Below the pieces are notes generated by a model. It did not search any database. It saw only the letters and a list, made by a program, of their open reading frames with translations, and was not told where the DNA came from. A stretch of DNA of 64,000 nucleotides, taken from the NCBI GenBank assembly GCA_965223295.1, contig CBDCWC010000003.1, positions 1,184,001-1,248,000 on the forward strand. Reading direction: 5' to 3'. The translations under genes and the position numbers were made by a program. Shown here piece by piece: positions 25,838-38,342 of this stretch. The DNA is from Nitrospirales bacterium (GTDB taxonomy: Bacteria; Nitrospirota; Nitrospiria; Nitrospirales; UBA8639). Each line of letters opens with the position of its first letter. Within the stretch, counting starts at the first letter, position 1.

Positions 25838-27535
25838 CTAATTCACGATAGGGGGATCGCCTAAAAGAGGAAAAATCTGCTGAAGGGCAAATTCCGAAAT
25901 TTGATGCTTGCTATGGGTTGAGTCGAGCAACACAGAAAATGTTCCATTTCCTAGAGAGGAAAGATGGTTTATTAATGTGCTTTCGTATGTTTGGTACCCA
26001 ACACCTGACAAACAACAAGCGTCAAATTGGTTAAGTACTTGAAGCTGGAGGCGATTATCTTCGTGCGAACCTAAAATATAGAGATCTAAGTAGGAGGTAA
26101 GCTGGTATAAGTCAGCATAATGCTGCTCCCAGTCTCCAACACCTGTTTGTGCACAGGGGGGCTGCCTTAAGTACAACGGAAGTGTCCCAGCCACCGGAAA
26201 GCTAAATGTTATCTCAGGGTCAATAGCACTATACAAAGTGGTTGTCCACCCACCTCCTGAAACGCCAATCATAGAAACATCAATAAATTGATTCGATTGC
26301 TTGAGGTGATTCAGAGCGATGATAATGGGCTCTAGGAAAAATTTTATTGGATTCAACGTACTGCTGAGTAATTCAGCCATGGTATTGTGGGAATCAGATG
26401 GGCCAGTATTTGATCCATATAATGGCATGTTAAAGAAGACGACGTGGAATCCTCTTTCTAGAAAGGCTCGAATCGTTCTCTCAACTCCGTTTTGATGCAG
26501 ATTACTCGAGTGGCCGTGATGAATGAGTACCAGTCGGCCATTATCAACCTCCGGAATAAAATGAGAGACAATCGATCGAAATCCTAGGTCCATTTCGATT
26601 TCTAGCCTTTCTACCCGGTTTAAATTGCGTAAATTTGAAACAGGAGAAACGACCCCCACTTCTACATTTGTAGGCAAAGTGGTGTTCGGAGGAAAGCTTC
26701 TATTTTTCCAAATAAAGTCGACAAGTTTTTGCCGAACATTGGAAACATCACTTGGCGTGTTTATATGTATGAGGGAGCGAATATTGGTCTCTAGGTAACT
26801 AGGATCAATCTCGGTACGACAGTCGGTCACTCGGCCACCTGTGTAGTTGTAGTCTTCCCAGTTCCAATTCTTTCCGACTTTATACCACAGGCGAAGCCAC
26901 ACGTCGGACCCGTCCGTTGGGAGGTTTGAAATCGTCCGTGAGGTTGTGTCTGCTGGAATCGACCCCGAAGAGAGATAGTTCTTCGTTCCTTTAGTTGAAC
27001 CCACATAGAGCCAGTACTCTTGCACGGCAGTGCCATTACTTGCCCAGGAGACGGTTACACTTGAACTAGAGAGGGTTGACCCGGGAGCCGGGCTCTTGAT
27101 GGCTGGGTTACGGGATCCGGTAGCTTTTTGAGCGGCGTATTGGTAATCACTCGAGTCCCAAGTACCCCCGACTTTATACCACAAGCGAAGCCACACATTG
27201 GACCCGTCCGTTGGGAGGTTTGAAATCGTCCGTGAGGTTGTGTCTGCTGGAATTGACCCCGAAGAGAGATAGTTCTTCGTCCCTTTAGTTGAACCCACAT
27301 AGAGCCAGTACTCTTGCACGGCAGTGCCATTACTTGCCCAGGAGACGGTTACACTTGAACCGGAGAGAGGTGACCCGGGAAGAGGACTTTCAAGAGTGGC
27401 ACCATCACTCAGAGTTGCCCCGAATGAGTTATCCGTGTTTACGACAGTGATTGTGCAAAAAGGGATGAATAGAAAAAGAAAGTATCTCACGGTTAGTCCT
27501 CTTATAAAATTTGGCGTGATGGCATTGATAGACAT
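25838..27535 (-). CDS. Secreted alpha/beta-hydrolase with two N-terminal Trp-rich beta modules
   Basis: GVSGGG nucleophile elbow, HHGH, late Asp/His; repeats match those of the 18138 protease. Confidence 0.78.
   Translation of the reverse strand: MSINAITPNFIRGLTVRYFLFLFIPFCTITVVNTDNSFGATLSDGATLESPLPGSPLSGSSVTVSWASNGTAVQEYWLYVGSTKGTKNYLSSGSIPADTTSRTISNLPTDGSNVWLRLWYKVGGTWDSSDYQYAAQKATGSRNPAIKSPAPGSTLSSSSVTVSWASNGTAVQEYWLYVGSTKGTKNYLSSGSIPADTTSRTISNLPTDGSDVWLRLWYKVGKNWNWEDYNYTGGRVTDCRTEIDPSYLETNIRSLIHINTPSDVSNVRQKLVDFIWKNRSFPPNTTLPTNVEVGVVSPVSNLRNLNRVERLEIEMDLGFRSIVSHFIPEVDNGRLVLIHHGHSSNLHQNGVERTIRAFLERGFHVVFFNMPLYGSNTGPSDSHNTMAELLSSTLNPIKFFLEPIIIALNHLKQSNQFIDVSMIGVSGGGWTTTLYSAIDPEITFSFPVAGTLPLYLRQPPCAQTGVGDWEQHYADLYQLTSYLDLYILGSHEDNRLQLQVLNQFDACCLSGVGYQTYESTLINHLSSLGNGTFSVLLDSTHSKHQISEFALQQIFPLLGDPPIVN
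26874..27360 (-). repeat. Near-identical intragenic direct repeat, 26874-27066 vs 27168-27360 (period 294)
   Basis: 5 mismatches over 193 nt by manual alignment. Confidence 0.92.
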
Positions 27536-27849
27536 TTTTCAAATTGTGAATACTATTGGTAAGCACGGGGTCATCGGTTGTCAGATCACCTGTCGACGAT
27601 CAGTGAGCTGTAGAAATGCCTCAAGCTGTTTCCAACGATCATGATTTACTTCGGTTCACTCGAAACAAAAATTAAGGACAAAAAGGAATTCAAATTTTCT
27701 CTCCATAAAGACTAATAAAGGTGTCAGGAACCTTTTAATAAAGATATGTTACTTTGTTCGGATTTGATATTGATGACTTATATGGGCAGCATTTTTGTTA
27801 ATATGTTTTTATGATTTACGTATATCGCCAATTGCTTTATTCTAGACCC

Positions 27850-28128
27850 ACGATTAAAAGTTTTGCTGACAAGGGTACAGACAAATTCTCTTATGCAGAA
27901 CAAGGGAAGTAATTTTTACGTTCTAAAGAGGCTGTAAGACGTGAGTTAGTAATAGTTTGATGGTGGAGAAAGGTTAGCTGATCTATTGGGTCAACCAGCA
28001 AATCATTTGGAGCAACTAGGTGGAGATCGTAAAGGGCAGTGCAGTATCATGATTGGTGATCAATAGGAATTTATTTTTATTGTCGAAATGATTGTTTGCG
28101 TGATGTGGACATAACCGATATTTATTAG
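27850..28128 (+). pseudogene. higB: HigB-like toxin relic
   Basis: (ACG)IKSFADKGTDK...LADL..PANHLEQLGGDRKGQCSIMIGDQ*...DVDITDIY with stops and frameshifts. Confidence 0.75.
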
Positions 28129-28138
28129 GAGGCTTGTA

Positions 28139-28478
28139 ATGATTCAGAATAAGATGAAGATGAGGCCTACGTACACAGGTGAAATTCTTGAGGACGAATT
28201 TTTGAGTTACCTCTAAAGCTTACCGGTTTAACAGTATCATCTTTGGCCAACGTGATTGGTGTACCACCAACCGAATTACTGCAATTATTAAGGGTCAGCG
28301 AGTAATTTCAGGATATTCAGGATATACTGCAGTGAGGTTGAATGAGTTATTGTTGGACAGCGCAAAATTTTGGATGAATCTTCAGGCTTCTTTATGATCT
28401 TCGAATAGCTGAAGATGCTTTTGGTAGCTAGGCTTTAAAGCAAATACATAAGCAGCGTGTAGTCTTGGCATCACATTA
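28139..28478 (+). pseudogene. higA: HigA-like antitoxin relic
   Basis: MRPTYTGEILEDEFL, LANVIGVP, RITAIIKGQRVIS and FWMNLQA fragments in shifting frames. Confidence 0.75.
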
Positions 28479-28605
28479 AGAAGGTTTGAGATGTATAAAA
28501 AATATAAGAGAATTAGTTAATATCTTAGTCGGCCTTTAGTTATCCAGACGGGGATAGTACACCAACTTTTCTAATTTTAGCATCTTAATTTATAGAAGTG
28601 GGATC

Positions 28606-28621
28606 TGTTCCACGTGGAACA
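28606..28621. promoter_or_regulatory. parS site
   Basis: Perfect palindrome TGTTCCACGTGGAACA. Confidence 0.93.
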
Positions 28622-29273
28622 TCAAGAGCATACAGATAATTTTCTTGATTTTTTTGTAGGAGGCACAAAACAAATTGGTTTTTCTATTAAAGATGACCTT
28701 CTAGAAAAGTTTCACCTGTATTATCAAGAACTGAGATTATGGAATAAGTCGGTAAACATGACTGGTTTGCAAACAGACAAAGAGCAGGCAGTCTTACTCT
28801 TTGCCGATTCGCTGGCTGGATCTTTGGTATTTCCAAAAAATACTTCCCTTTCTATTATAGACATTGGAACGGGTGGAGGTTTCCCAGGGATTCCTCTCAA
28901 ATTAGTCTTTCCGTCTTTGCGCGTTACATTAATGGAGCCGAGAGGAAATAAAACGGCTTTTCTTCACAATGTGATTGGGAAGCTGGCTCTCACAGGTATT
29001 ACCGTTCTTCAAAAAAGACTAGATTTTTGTCAGACTCTTAATAATGAAGAGGGGAAATGGGATATTGCCATCAGTAAAGCCGTGAGTCTTGAGACTATTC
29101 TGCCTAATGTTGAAAATATACTAAAAAAAAATGGGAAATTGATTGTGTTTCGTTCCAAGCATATTAGTAAACAAGAGAATATTAATGGCATGACCATTGA
29201 TCAGGAAATTTCCTATGAATTACCTTATGGGTATGGAACGAGAGTCATTTCTATGTTAAAACTCGTTCCCTAA
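28614..29273 (+). CDS. rsmG: 16S rRNA m7G methyltransferase
   Basis: WNKSVNMTG, DIGTGGGFPGIPL; upstream of parA. Confidence 0.92.
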   Translation: MEHQEHTDNFLDFFVGGTKQIGFSIKDDLLEKFHLYYQELRLWNKSVNMTGLQTDKEQAVLLFADSLAGSLVFPKNTSLSIIDIGTGGGFPGIPLKLVFPSLRVTLMEPRGNKTAFLHNVIGKLALTGITVLQKRLDFCQTLNNEEGKWDIAISKAVSLETILPNVENILKKNGKLIVFRSKHISKQENINGMTIDQEISYELPYGYGTRVISMLKLVP

Positions 29274-29289
29274 TTAATGCAGACTTTTT

Positions 29290-29305
29290 TGTTCCACGTG
29301 GAACA
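29290..29305. promoter_or_regulatory. parS site
   Basis: Perfect palindrome TGTTCCACGTGGAACA. Confidence 0.93.
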
Positions 29306-29431
29306 TGAAGCGAAGATTTATCAACTGACATATAGAAAATTTAAAAAGTTCGTAATTTGTGAATTTTTACCTTCTTTTTTATCATATGTTTACAAATACA
29401 ATGAATATAACTCATGTTTAAGCAATTCTGA

Positions 29432-30199
29432 ATGCCACGAACTATTGCTATTGCGAATCAGAAAGGCGGGGTTGGGAAAACCACTTCGGCTATTAATATT
29501 AGTGCAGCTTTGGCAACTAGTGGGCAGTCTGTCCTGCTAATTGATCTTGATCCGCAGGCCAATGCCACGAGCGGGGTATCTGTTGAGCCACAAGACTCCA
29601 CGATTTATGAATGTCTTGTGGAGCGAAAGCTCATAAAATCATCAATTTTACCTACGTGTATACACGGAATGTCTATTATTGCTTCCAAGGGCGACCTAGT
29701 AGGTGCAGAAATTGAAATTTCAAACCTGACCGATCGAGAATCGATTTTAAAGACCGTTCTTGAGGAAATTCAGGAGTATGATTTTGTGATTGTTGATTGC
29801 CCGCCAGCTTTTGGATTACTCACGATCAACGCGCTGGTGGCGGCTTCAGCCCTGATTGTTCCCGTGCAATGCGAGTATTATGCGATGGAGGGGCTTGGAC
29901 GGTTAATGGGGAATGTTGAGCGTATTCGGGATTCTTTTAATCCCGATCTAGATCTGCAAGGTATTGTGTTGACGATGTATGATTCCCGCATCAATCTTTC
30001 CAGGCAGGTTGAAAACGAGATTCGCGAGTTTTTCAAAGAAAAAGTCTTTCATGCCGTGATTCCCAGGAACGTGGCCTTAGCGGAGGCCCCCAGCCATGGG
30101 AAGCCGGTCTTGTCGTATAATGCGGCATCCAGTGGTGCCAAAGCCTACCTCGATCTAGCCAAGGAGATTCTCGCAAATGGAAAAGAAAGCATTGGGTAA
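29432..30199 (+). CDS. parA: ParA/Soj ATPase
   Basis: NQKGGVGKTT, DLDPQANAT, EAPSHG. Confidence 0.96.
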   Translation: MPRTIAIANQKGGVGKTTSAINISAALATSGQSVLLIDLDPQANATSGVSVEPQDSTIYECLVERKLIKSSILPTCIHGMSIIASKGDLVGAEIEISNLTDRESILKTVLEEIQEYDFVIVDCPPAFGLLTINALVAASALIVPVQCEYYAMEGLGRLMGNVERIRDSFNPDLDLQGIVLTMYDSRINLSRQVENEIREFFKEKVFHAVIPRNVALAEAPSHGKPVLSYNAASSGAKAYLDLAKEILANGKESIG

Positions 30200-31034
30200 G
30201 GGCCTTCAGGCTCTGCTTCCAGAAAAAAAGACGCTCGTGTGGAAAGTTGAACAGGATGGGCAAACAATCTCCATGCTCCCCCTGGAGCAAGTTATCCCTA
30301 ACCGTTATCAACCACGAACGATCTTTGTTGAAGGCCATTTGACGGAATTGACTCAGTCGATAAAGGAACATGGCGTTTTGCAACCAATAGTCGTCAGGCG
30401 GAAGGGAGATGGGGTGTATGAACTCATCGCAGGAGAACGGCGTCTGCGGGCCGCAACACTTGCCGGGTTGTCGACGATTCCTGCCCTGGTTCGGAATTCA
30501 AACGATGAGAAATCCTTGGCCCTTGCCTTGGTGGAAAATATTCAACGTCAAGACCTCAACCCCATGGAAGAAGCCAAAGCCTATTCTCGCTTGATGGGAG
30601 AATTTGGTATGACTCAGGAACAGGTAGCAAGTTCAGTCGGGAAAGAGCGCTCCTCGATTGCGAATATCCTGCGTCTTCTGATGCTTCCCAAAGAGGTTCA
30701 GGAATTTGTAGAATCTGGTGCTCTGAGTCTGGGGCATGCCAAAGTCTTGGCCGGCGTTTCTTCGGCAAACACCCAGCTCCTTATAGCAAAAAAAATTGTG
30801 AATGGGCATCTGTCCGTGAGACAAACAGAGCAGCTTGTCTCAGGGAAAAAAAGTGTAGGTTCTTCCAAACACGTAATAAATAAACCAAATACATTTCATC
30901 AATTGGAAGATCAGTTACGAAAACATTTTGGTACTAAGGTGCAGGTAAAGGCGGCAGCAAAGGGAGGGCAGCTCGTCATTCACTATTATTCACATGAAGA
31001 GCTGGATCGGGTAACGGCACTCATTTTGGAATAG
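30177..31034 (+). CDS. parB: ParB/Spo0J
   Basis: ALGKGL, QPR, GERRLRA, ENIQR. Confidence 0.96.
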   Translation: MEKKALGKGLQALLPEKKTLVWKVEQDGQTISMLPLEQVIPNRYQPRTIFVEGHLTELTQSIKEHGVLQPIVVRRKGDGVYELIAGERRLRAATLAGLSTIPALVRNSNDEKSLALALVENIQRQDLNPMEEAKAYSRLMGEFGMTQEQVASSVGKERSSIANILRLLMLPKEVQEFVESGALSLGHAKVLAGVSSANTQLLIAKKIVNGHLSVRQTEQLVSGKKSVGSSKHVINKPNTFHQLEDQLRKHFGTKVQVKAAAKGGQLVIHYYSHEELDRVTALILE

Positions 31035-31176
31035 AAATTGAAAGAAGGTCCTTTAGGTGAGGTCCTCCTAAGTAATGATCTCGTAGAATTTAAGTATTTA
31101 TATTTACTAATGGTGTTTGAGACTGAACACAATCGTTCTAGTTGAGCATCAAGGCAATCATTGAGGGAGGGTCTCC

Positions 31177-31656
31177 ATGTTTGGAAAAAATACGGTCGAA
31201 TCCACTGAAGATGTTGTGAAAACTCCAGAAATTACAACGCCCACCGTTACACAGACAAATCAAGACGAATCCGGTGATATCATTGCTTTTGTTGGAGAAG
31301 AGGTGACATTTAAAGGAACGATACGGTATCAAGGTACTGTCCGAGTTGATGGAACGTTGGAAGGGGAAATTTATACCGATGGGAATTTGATCATCGGTCA
31401 AAAAGCGGTGATCACGGCGAAAATTGAAGCCGGCACCGTCACGTGTCAAGGGCGAATTACTGGAGAAGTGTTGGCCAAGAATCGCGTGAAACTCTTAAAC
31501 CCGGCAGTAGTTGACGGCGAGATTACCACTCCCCTGTTATCAATGGATGAAGGTGTCATGTTTAATGGATCTTGCAATATGCCTAAAAAAGGCGAGCGAA
31601 AAGGCAAAGAGTCAAAACTCGTCGTGTCGGTTGAAGAAGCCGTTAAAGTGAAATAA
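31177..31656 (+). CDS. Bactofilin
   Basis: FKGTIRYQGTVRVDGTLEGEI beta-helix pattern. Confidence 0.9.
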   Translation: MFGKNTVESTEDVVKTPEITTPTVTQTNQDESGDIIAFVGEEVTFKGTIRYQGTVRVDGTLEGEIYTDGNLIIGQKAVITAKIEAGTVTCQGRITGEVLAKNRVKLLNPAVVDGEITTPLLSMDEGVMFNGSCNMPKKGERKGKESKLVVSVEEAVKVK

Positions 31657-31758
31657 GGTCATTTTATGATTCTGAGTAATGTGGGCAATGAATCCCAGTG
31701 GACACGGAGTTCCTGGCTCGCTACCCGAGGGTCTAACGCTGGATGAGAGGAGGGCTGT

Positions 31759-32217
31759 ATGTGGGGTGAAAAGGAAAAGACGAAAAGAGAGCCTGGGTTC
31801 GGGGAAGAATTTTATACCTTTCTTGGAAAAGGGGTAGATTTTAAAGGCAAGGCCCAATTTGAAGGCACCGTTCGAGTTGACGGCAACTTTGAAGGGGAAA
31901 TTTCGATTGATGATACGTTGATTATCGGTGAAACGGCCTTTATTAAAGGGACGATCACGGGTGGTACGATCGTATGTAGTGGGCGGATTGAGGGCGTCAT
32001 TACCGCGAATAAAAAAATTCAACTGCTCAAGCCAGCGGTGCTGATTGGCGATGTGCATACACCCACATTTGCGATGGAAGAAGGAGTGTATTTCCAGGGG
32101 GAATGTGATATGGGTGCAGCGCCTAACCTCGATATGGAGTTGGATGATCGAGTCATAGGCAGTGGGGAAACAACATCGTCGTCTCCCAAGATAGAAACGG
32201 AATCTTTGAGTTTCTAA
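31759..32217 (+). CDS. Bactofilin
   Basis: FKGKAQFEGTVRVDGNFEGEI; paralog of the preceding gene. Confidence 0.9.
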   Translation: MWGEKEKTKREPGFGEEFYTFLGKGVDFKGKAQFEGTVRVDGNFEGEISIDDTLIIGETAFIKGTITGGTIVCSGRIEGVITANKKIQLLKPAVLIGDVHTPTFAMEEGVYFQGECDMGAAPNLDMELDDRVIGSGETTSSSPKIETESLSF

Positions 32218-33377
32218 TGACCAATTCGAAAGCTCCGAAAGTTGTTGTGGGCATGAGTGGTGGTGTAGACAGTTCTGTTGCAGCCAAACGACTGTCGGAA
32301 CAGGGTTATGAGGTTCTTGGCGTCACCCTCAAAGTGTGGGAAGAAGAGGATGAGACGACTGCTTCCAAGCGCTGGCAGGAACGCGGCTGTTGTAAAGTTG
32401 GTATCGCCAAGCATGTGGCGGAACTCTTGGGCATCTCACATCAGGTCATTGACACTCGTGAATCATTTCAGCAGGGCGTTATCAATGATTTTATTGGCGG
32501 ATATCTTCAGGGCACCACGCCCAATCCCTGTGTTCGATGTAATGAACGGGTGAAATTCGGGGGGTTGTTCCAGGTGGCCCAGGAACTCGGGGCCGAATAT
32601 ATTGCCACTGGTCATTATGCAAGCATTCAACGTGATGAATCGGGTCAGTATTTTCTCGGCTGCGGCCGAGATTCGAAAAAAGATCAATCTTATTTTTTGT
32701 ATCGTATTCCTGCCAAATGGCTTCCGAAGATGTTGTTGCCCTTAGGGACTATGGAAAAGCCGCAAGTCTGGGCTGAGGCCGAAGCAATGGGACTTCCGGT
32801 AGATGAATTGAAGGAAAGCCAAGAAATATGTTTTGTTACTCAAGGCGACTACCGGGAATTCCTTAAAGAACATGCTCCGCAGGCTTCTCAGCCAGGTAGT
32901 TTTATTGATGTTGAGGGTCGTGAACTTGGGCAGCATGAAGGTGTGGCCTTTTATACTCCAGGCCAACGTAAAGGTTTAGGAATAGCAACTGGAAACCGAA
33001 TGTATGTGCAGCGTGTGGTGCCTGATCTTAATTTAGTGGTCTTGGGTCCTCCTGAAAATCTGGATAGCAGAATTTGCCAAGTCGCGGATCTGAATATCTT
33101 TTCCTATGACAGCTTACGTGAAGGTCAACGACTCGCGGTAAAATTTCGATATGGATCTCCGCCCGTGCCTGCAACTGTATCCTGGGAGAACGAACATTCC
33201 GTAAAGGTCACATTTGACACGTCGGTCAGGGCGCTCAGCCCAGGCCAGTCAGCAGTCTTTTATGATGGAGAACGTGTTGTAGGTGGAGGCATTATTCAAG
33301 CCTCCAAAACAGTTGCGAACACTTCCTCCCCCGGTGTTCAATCTGTCGGCCTTTCGCCCCTTCCTTCGTCAATCTGA
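32217..33377 (+). CDS. mnmA: tRNA 2-thiouridylase MnmA
   Basis: GMSGGVDSS, TPNPCVRCN, ATGHY, KDQSYFL, PGQSAVFY. Confidence 0.96.
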   Translation: MTNSKAPKVVVGMSGGVDSSVAAKRLSEQGYEVLGVTLKVWEEEDETTASKRWQERGCCKVGIAKHVAELLGISHQVIDTRESFQQGVINDFIGGYLQGTTPNPCVRCNERVKFGGLFQVAQELGAEYIATGHYASIQRDESGQYFLGCGRDSKKDQSYFLYRIPAKWLPKMLLPLGTMEKPQVWAEAEAMGLPVDELKESQEICFVTQGDYREFLKEHAPQASQPGSFIDVEGRELGQHEGVAFYTPGQRKGLGIATGNRMYVQRVVPDLNLVVLGPPENLDSRICQVADLNIFSYDSLREGQRLAVKFRYGSPPVPATVSWENEHSVKVTFDTSVRALSPGQSAVFYDGERVVGGGIIQASKTVANTSSPGVQSVGLSPLPSSI

Positions 33378-33611
33378 ACGATCCAGAAAAATCCCAACAG
33401 TTGAATAATGGGCACCTCTAAAGACAGATGATTTTTTCTGAGGGCAAGGAAGCGGCGCGCGGAAAACCGCAGTGTATCTGGAAATACATGAGGATTTGAG
33501 CACGCCACTGACGCCGCTATCGGGAAAAAGGACAGTTTTTAGAGATGTCCTAATGATGATATCAACGGCCACATTTCGTCTCTGTGACGTCACATGTATG
33601 TCAGAGGCCTC

Positions 33612-33762
33612 GGGGCTGTTCAAAAAAGTCCGTCCAGCAAGGCCGCAGCCATTTTTGCGCGCAGAGCGTCCTGGCAGTACGTGAGCATGGAAAAATGGAG
33701 ACCTGCCTGCGCGAAGCCGCGACGGCAGGCAACGCCGCTGGCGGCTTTTTTCAACAGACCCC
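33612..33762. repeat. REP/MITE-like structured repeat, copy 1, with nested 29-bp insert
   Basis: GGGGCTGTTCAAAAAAG...CAGCAAGGCCGCAGCC...AACGCCGCTGGCGGCTTTTTTCAACAGACCCC; imperfect terminal inverted repeat. Confidence 0.88.
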
Positions 33763-33778
33763 CTTTAGGTCTTTTCTG

Positions 33779-33807
33779 TTGACAGGGTATAGCACCCATG
33801 CTAGGTT
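33779..33807 (+). promoter_or_regulatory. Candidate sigma70 promoter for atpH
   Basis: TTGACA-17 bp-TAGGTT with TGn extension. Confidence 0.5.
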
Positions 33808-33868
33808 TATACGCTTGACACACGCCATTTTCCACTCAATATATGGCTGCCTGGATTCTCTGTAAACC

Positions 33869-34408
33869 GTGAATCAAAGTACAATCGGGCGCCGGTATGC
33901 ATCGGCGCTTTTCCAATTGCTCGAGAAATCGAGCGTCGAACCCGCACGAAATGCCTTAGCGGCCTTAGCCCAAGGCTTACTGGATACCCCTGCCTTAAAA
34001 CATGTCCTGGCCTCACCAGTTTTTAAATACGAAGAAAAGCAAGTGGTCTTGGAGGAGTTATGTCAGCGCATCCAGGCTCCTCCCGTGATGCAAGATTTTC
34101 TCAACCAGCTATTAAAAAATAACCGCGCTGTTTTACTCCCGGAAATTTCTCAAGCGTTTGCGGATTTAGCTGATGAGCAAAAGGGTGTCCAACAAGTTCA
34201 GGTCAGCTCTGCCAAGCCTTTGGATCAATCAGAACAAGGCAATGTTACACGCCAGCTAACCGATACGCTTGGACGAGCAGTCGATGTGGTCTTTGAAGTC
34301 CAATCGGATCTCATTGCTGGGTTAAAAATTCACATAGGCAGTCAAGTCTTTGATAATACTGTGCTGGGACGATTAAACAGCATGCAGGATCAGTTGACGA
34401 AGGGGTAA
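33869..34408 (+). CDS. atpH: ATP synthase delta subunit
   Basis: RRYASALF, DLIAGLKIHIG; precedes atpA. Confidence 0.92.
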   Translation: MNQSTIGRRYASALFQLLEKSSVEPARNALAALAQGLLDTPALKHVLASPVFKYEEKQVVLEELCQRIQAPPVMQDFLNQLLKNNRAVLLPEISQAFADLADEQKGVQQVQVSSAKPLDQSEQGNVTRQLTDTLGRAVDVVFEVQSDLIAGLKIHIGSQVFDNTVLGRLNSMQDQLTKG

Positions 34409-34411
34409 TCC

Positions 34412-35923
34412 ATGCAGATCAAAGCCGAAGAAATTAGCTCGATCATTAAGGAAAAAATTAAGGGGTTTGACCAACGAGTCGATGTCAAGGAGATGGGTTA
34501 TGTCATCCAAGTGGGTGATAATATTGCCAAAGTTTACGGCCTAGAAGGTGCAATGGCTGGAGAGTTGCTGGAATTCCCCGGCGGGGTTTTTGGAGTCGCG
34601 CTCAACCTGGAAGAAGATAGTGTTGGGGCCGTCTTGCTCGGAGAAGATGTCGGCATTTGCGAAGGTGATTCTGTTAAACGAACGGGTCGTATTGCTGAAG
34701 TCCCAGTGGGTGAACCCATGGTCGGTCGGGTTGTCGATGCGATTGGGATGCCCCTTGATGGGAAAGGCCCGATTAATTCAACCGAGACTCGACTCATTGA
34801 AATCAGGGCGCCTGGCGTTGTGGAGCGACAATCAGTCGGCGAGCCTTTGCAAACGGGGCTGAAAGCCATCGACGCCATGATTCCGGTAGGCCGCGGTCAA
34901 CGGGAGTTGATTATTGGAGACCGCCAAACAGGGAAAACCGCTATTGCGGTTGATACGATCATTAATCAAAAAGGCCTGGATGTCTATTGTTTTTATGTCG
35001 CTGTGGGGCAAAAACGCTCGACGGTCGCCCGCGTGGTCAAAACGTTAGAAGATCATGGGGCCATGGAATATACCACGGTCATTTCAGCCACGGCCAGTGA
35101 TTCCGCATCCCTGCAGTTCTTTGCACCCTATGCCGGTGTCACCATGGCCGAATATTTTCGTGATAGTGGCAAACATGCCTTGATTGTCTATGATGACTTG
35201 TCCAAACATGCGACAGCCTATCGGCAGCTTTCTCTCCTTCTTCGCCGTCCGCCTGGACGTGAAGCGTATCCCGGTGATGTGTTCTTTTTGCATTCTCGGC
35301 TCTTAGAGCGGGCGGCAAAAATGAGTGATGAAAAAGGTGCTGGGAGCTTAACCGCCTTACCAATTATTGAGACGCAAGCGGGAGACGTCTCAGCGTATAT
35401 TCCTACTAACGTTATTTCGATTACTGATGGGCAGATCTTTTTGGCTGCTGACCTGTTCTATTCCGGTATTCGACCGGCTATTAATGTGGGCTTATCGGTC
35501 TCACGTGTCGGAGGGTCAGCGCAAATTAAAACCATGAAACAAGTTGCCGGTACCTTGAGGCTCGATTTGGCCCAATATCGAGAAATGGCAGCATTTGCCC
35601 AATTTGGGAGTGATTTAGATAAGGCTACGCAAGCACAATTGGCGCGAGGTGAACGGATGGTGGAATTGCTTAAACAAGAGCAATACAAGCCACTGCCAGT
35701 CGCTGACCAAGTCATCTCCATTTTTGCTGGAGTCAATGGATTCCTTGACAATGTGCCGGTTAATAAAATTAAAGAGTTTGAGCAAGAGCTCTTGGGGTAC
35801 GTGAAAACAAAATATTCGCAAATCCGTGATGACGTCAAATCCAAAAAGAAGATCGATGACGAATTCGGTGGTCAACTAAAACAGATCATCACTGAGTTTA
35901 AGAAATCTAAAGGCTACGACTAA
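34412..35923 (+). CDS. atpA: ATP synthase alpha subunit
   Basis: [20 protein letters not shown]. Confidence 0.99.
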   Translation: MQIKAEEISSIIKEKIKGFDQRVDVKEMGYVIQVGDNIAKVYGLEGAMAGELLEFPGGVFGVALNLEEDSVGAVLLGEDVGICEGDSVKRTGRIAEVPVGEPMVGRVVDAIGMPLDGKGPINSTETRLIEIRAPGVVERQSVGEPLQTGLKAIDAMIPVGRGQRELIIGDRQTGKTAIAVDTIINQKGLDVYCFYVAVGQKRSTVARVVKTLEDHGAMEYTTVISATASDSASLQFFAPYAGVTMAEYFRDSGKHALIVYDDLSKHATAYRQLSLLLRRPPGREAYPGDVFFLHSRLLERAAKMSDEKGAGSLTALPIIETQAGDVSAYIPTNVISITDGQIFLAADLFYSGIRPAINVGLSVSRVGGSAQIKTMKQVAGTLRLDLAQYREMAAFAQFGSDLDKATQAQLARGERMVELLKQEQYKPLPVADQVISIFAGVNGFLDNVPVNKIKEFEQELLGYVKTKYSQIRDDVKSKKKIDDEFGGQLKQIITEFKKSKGYD

Positions 35924-35943
35924 CATCCTCAAGAAGTTTCTTT

Positions 35944-38341
<2,398 letters not shown>

Positions 38342-38342
<1 letters not shown>

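Noticed and set aside
29277-29540. 87-aa ORF containing FHVEH
   Set aside because: Translation of parS plus AT-rich promoter DNA; overlaps parA out of frame
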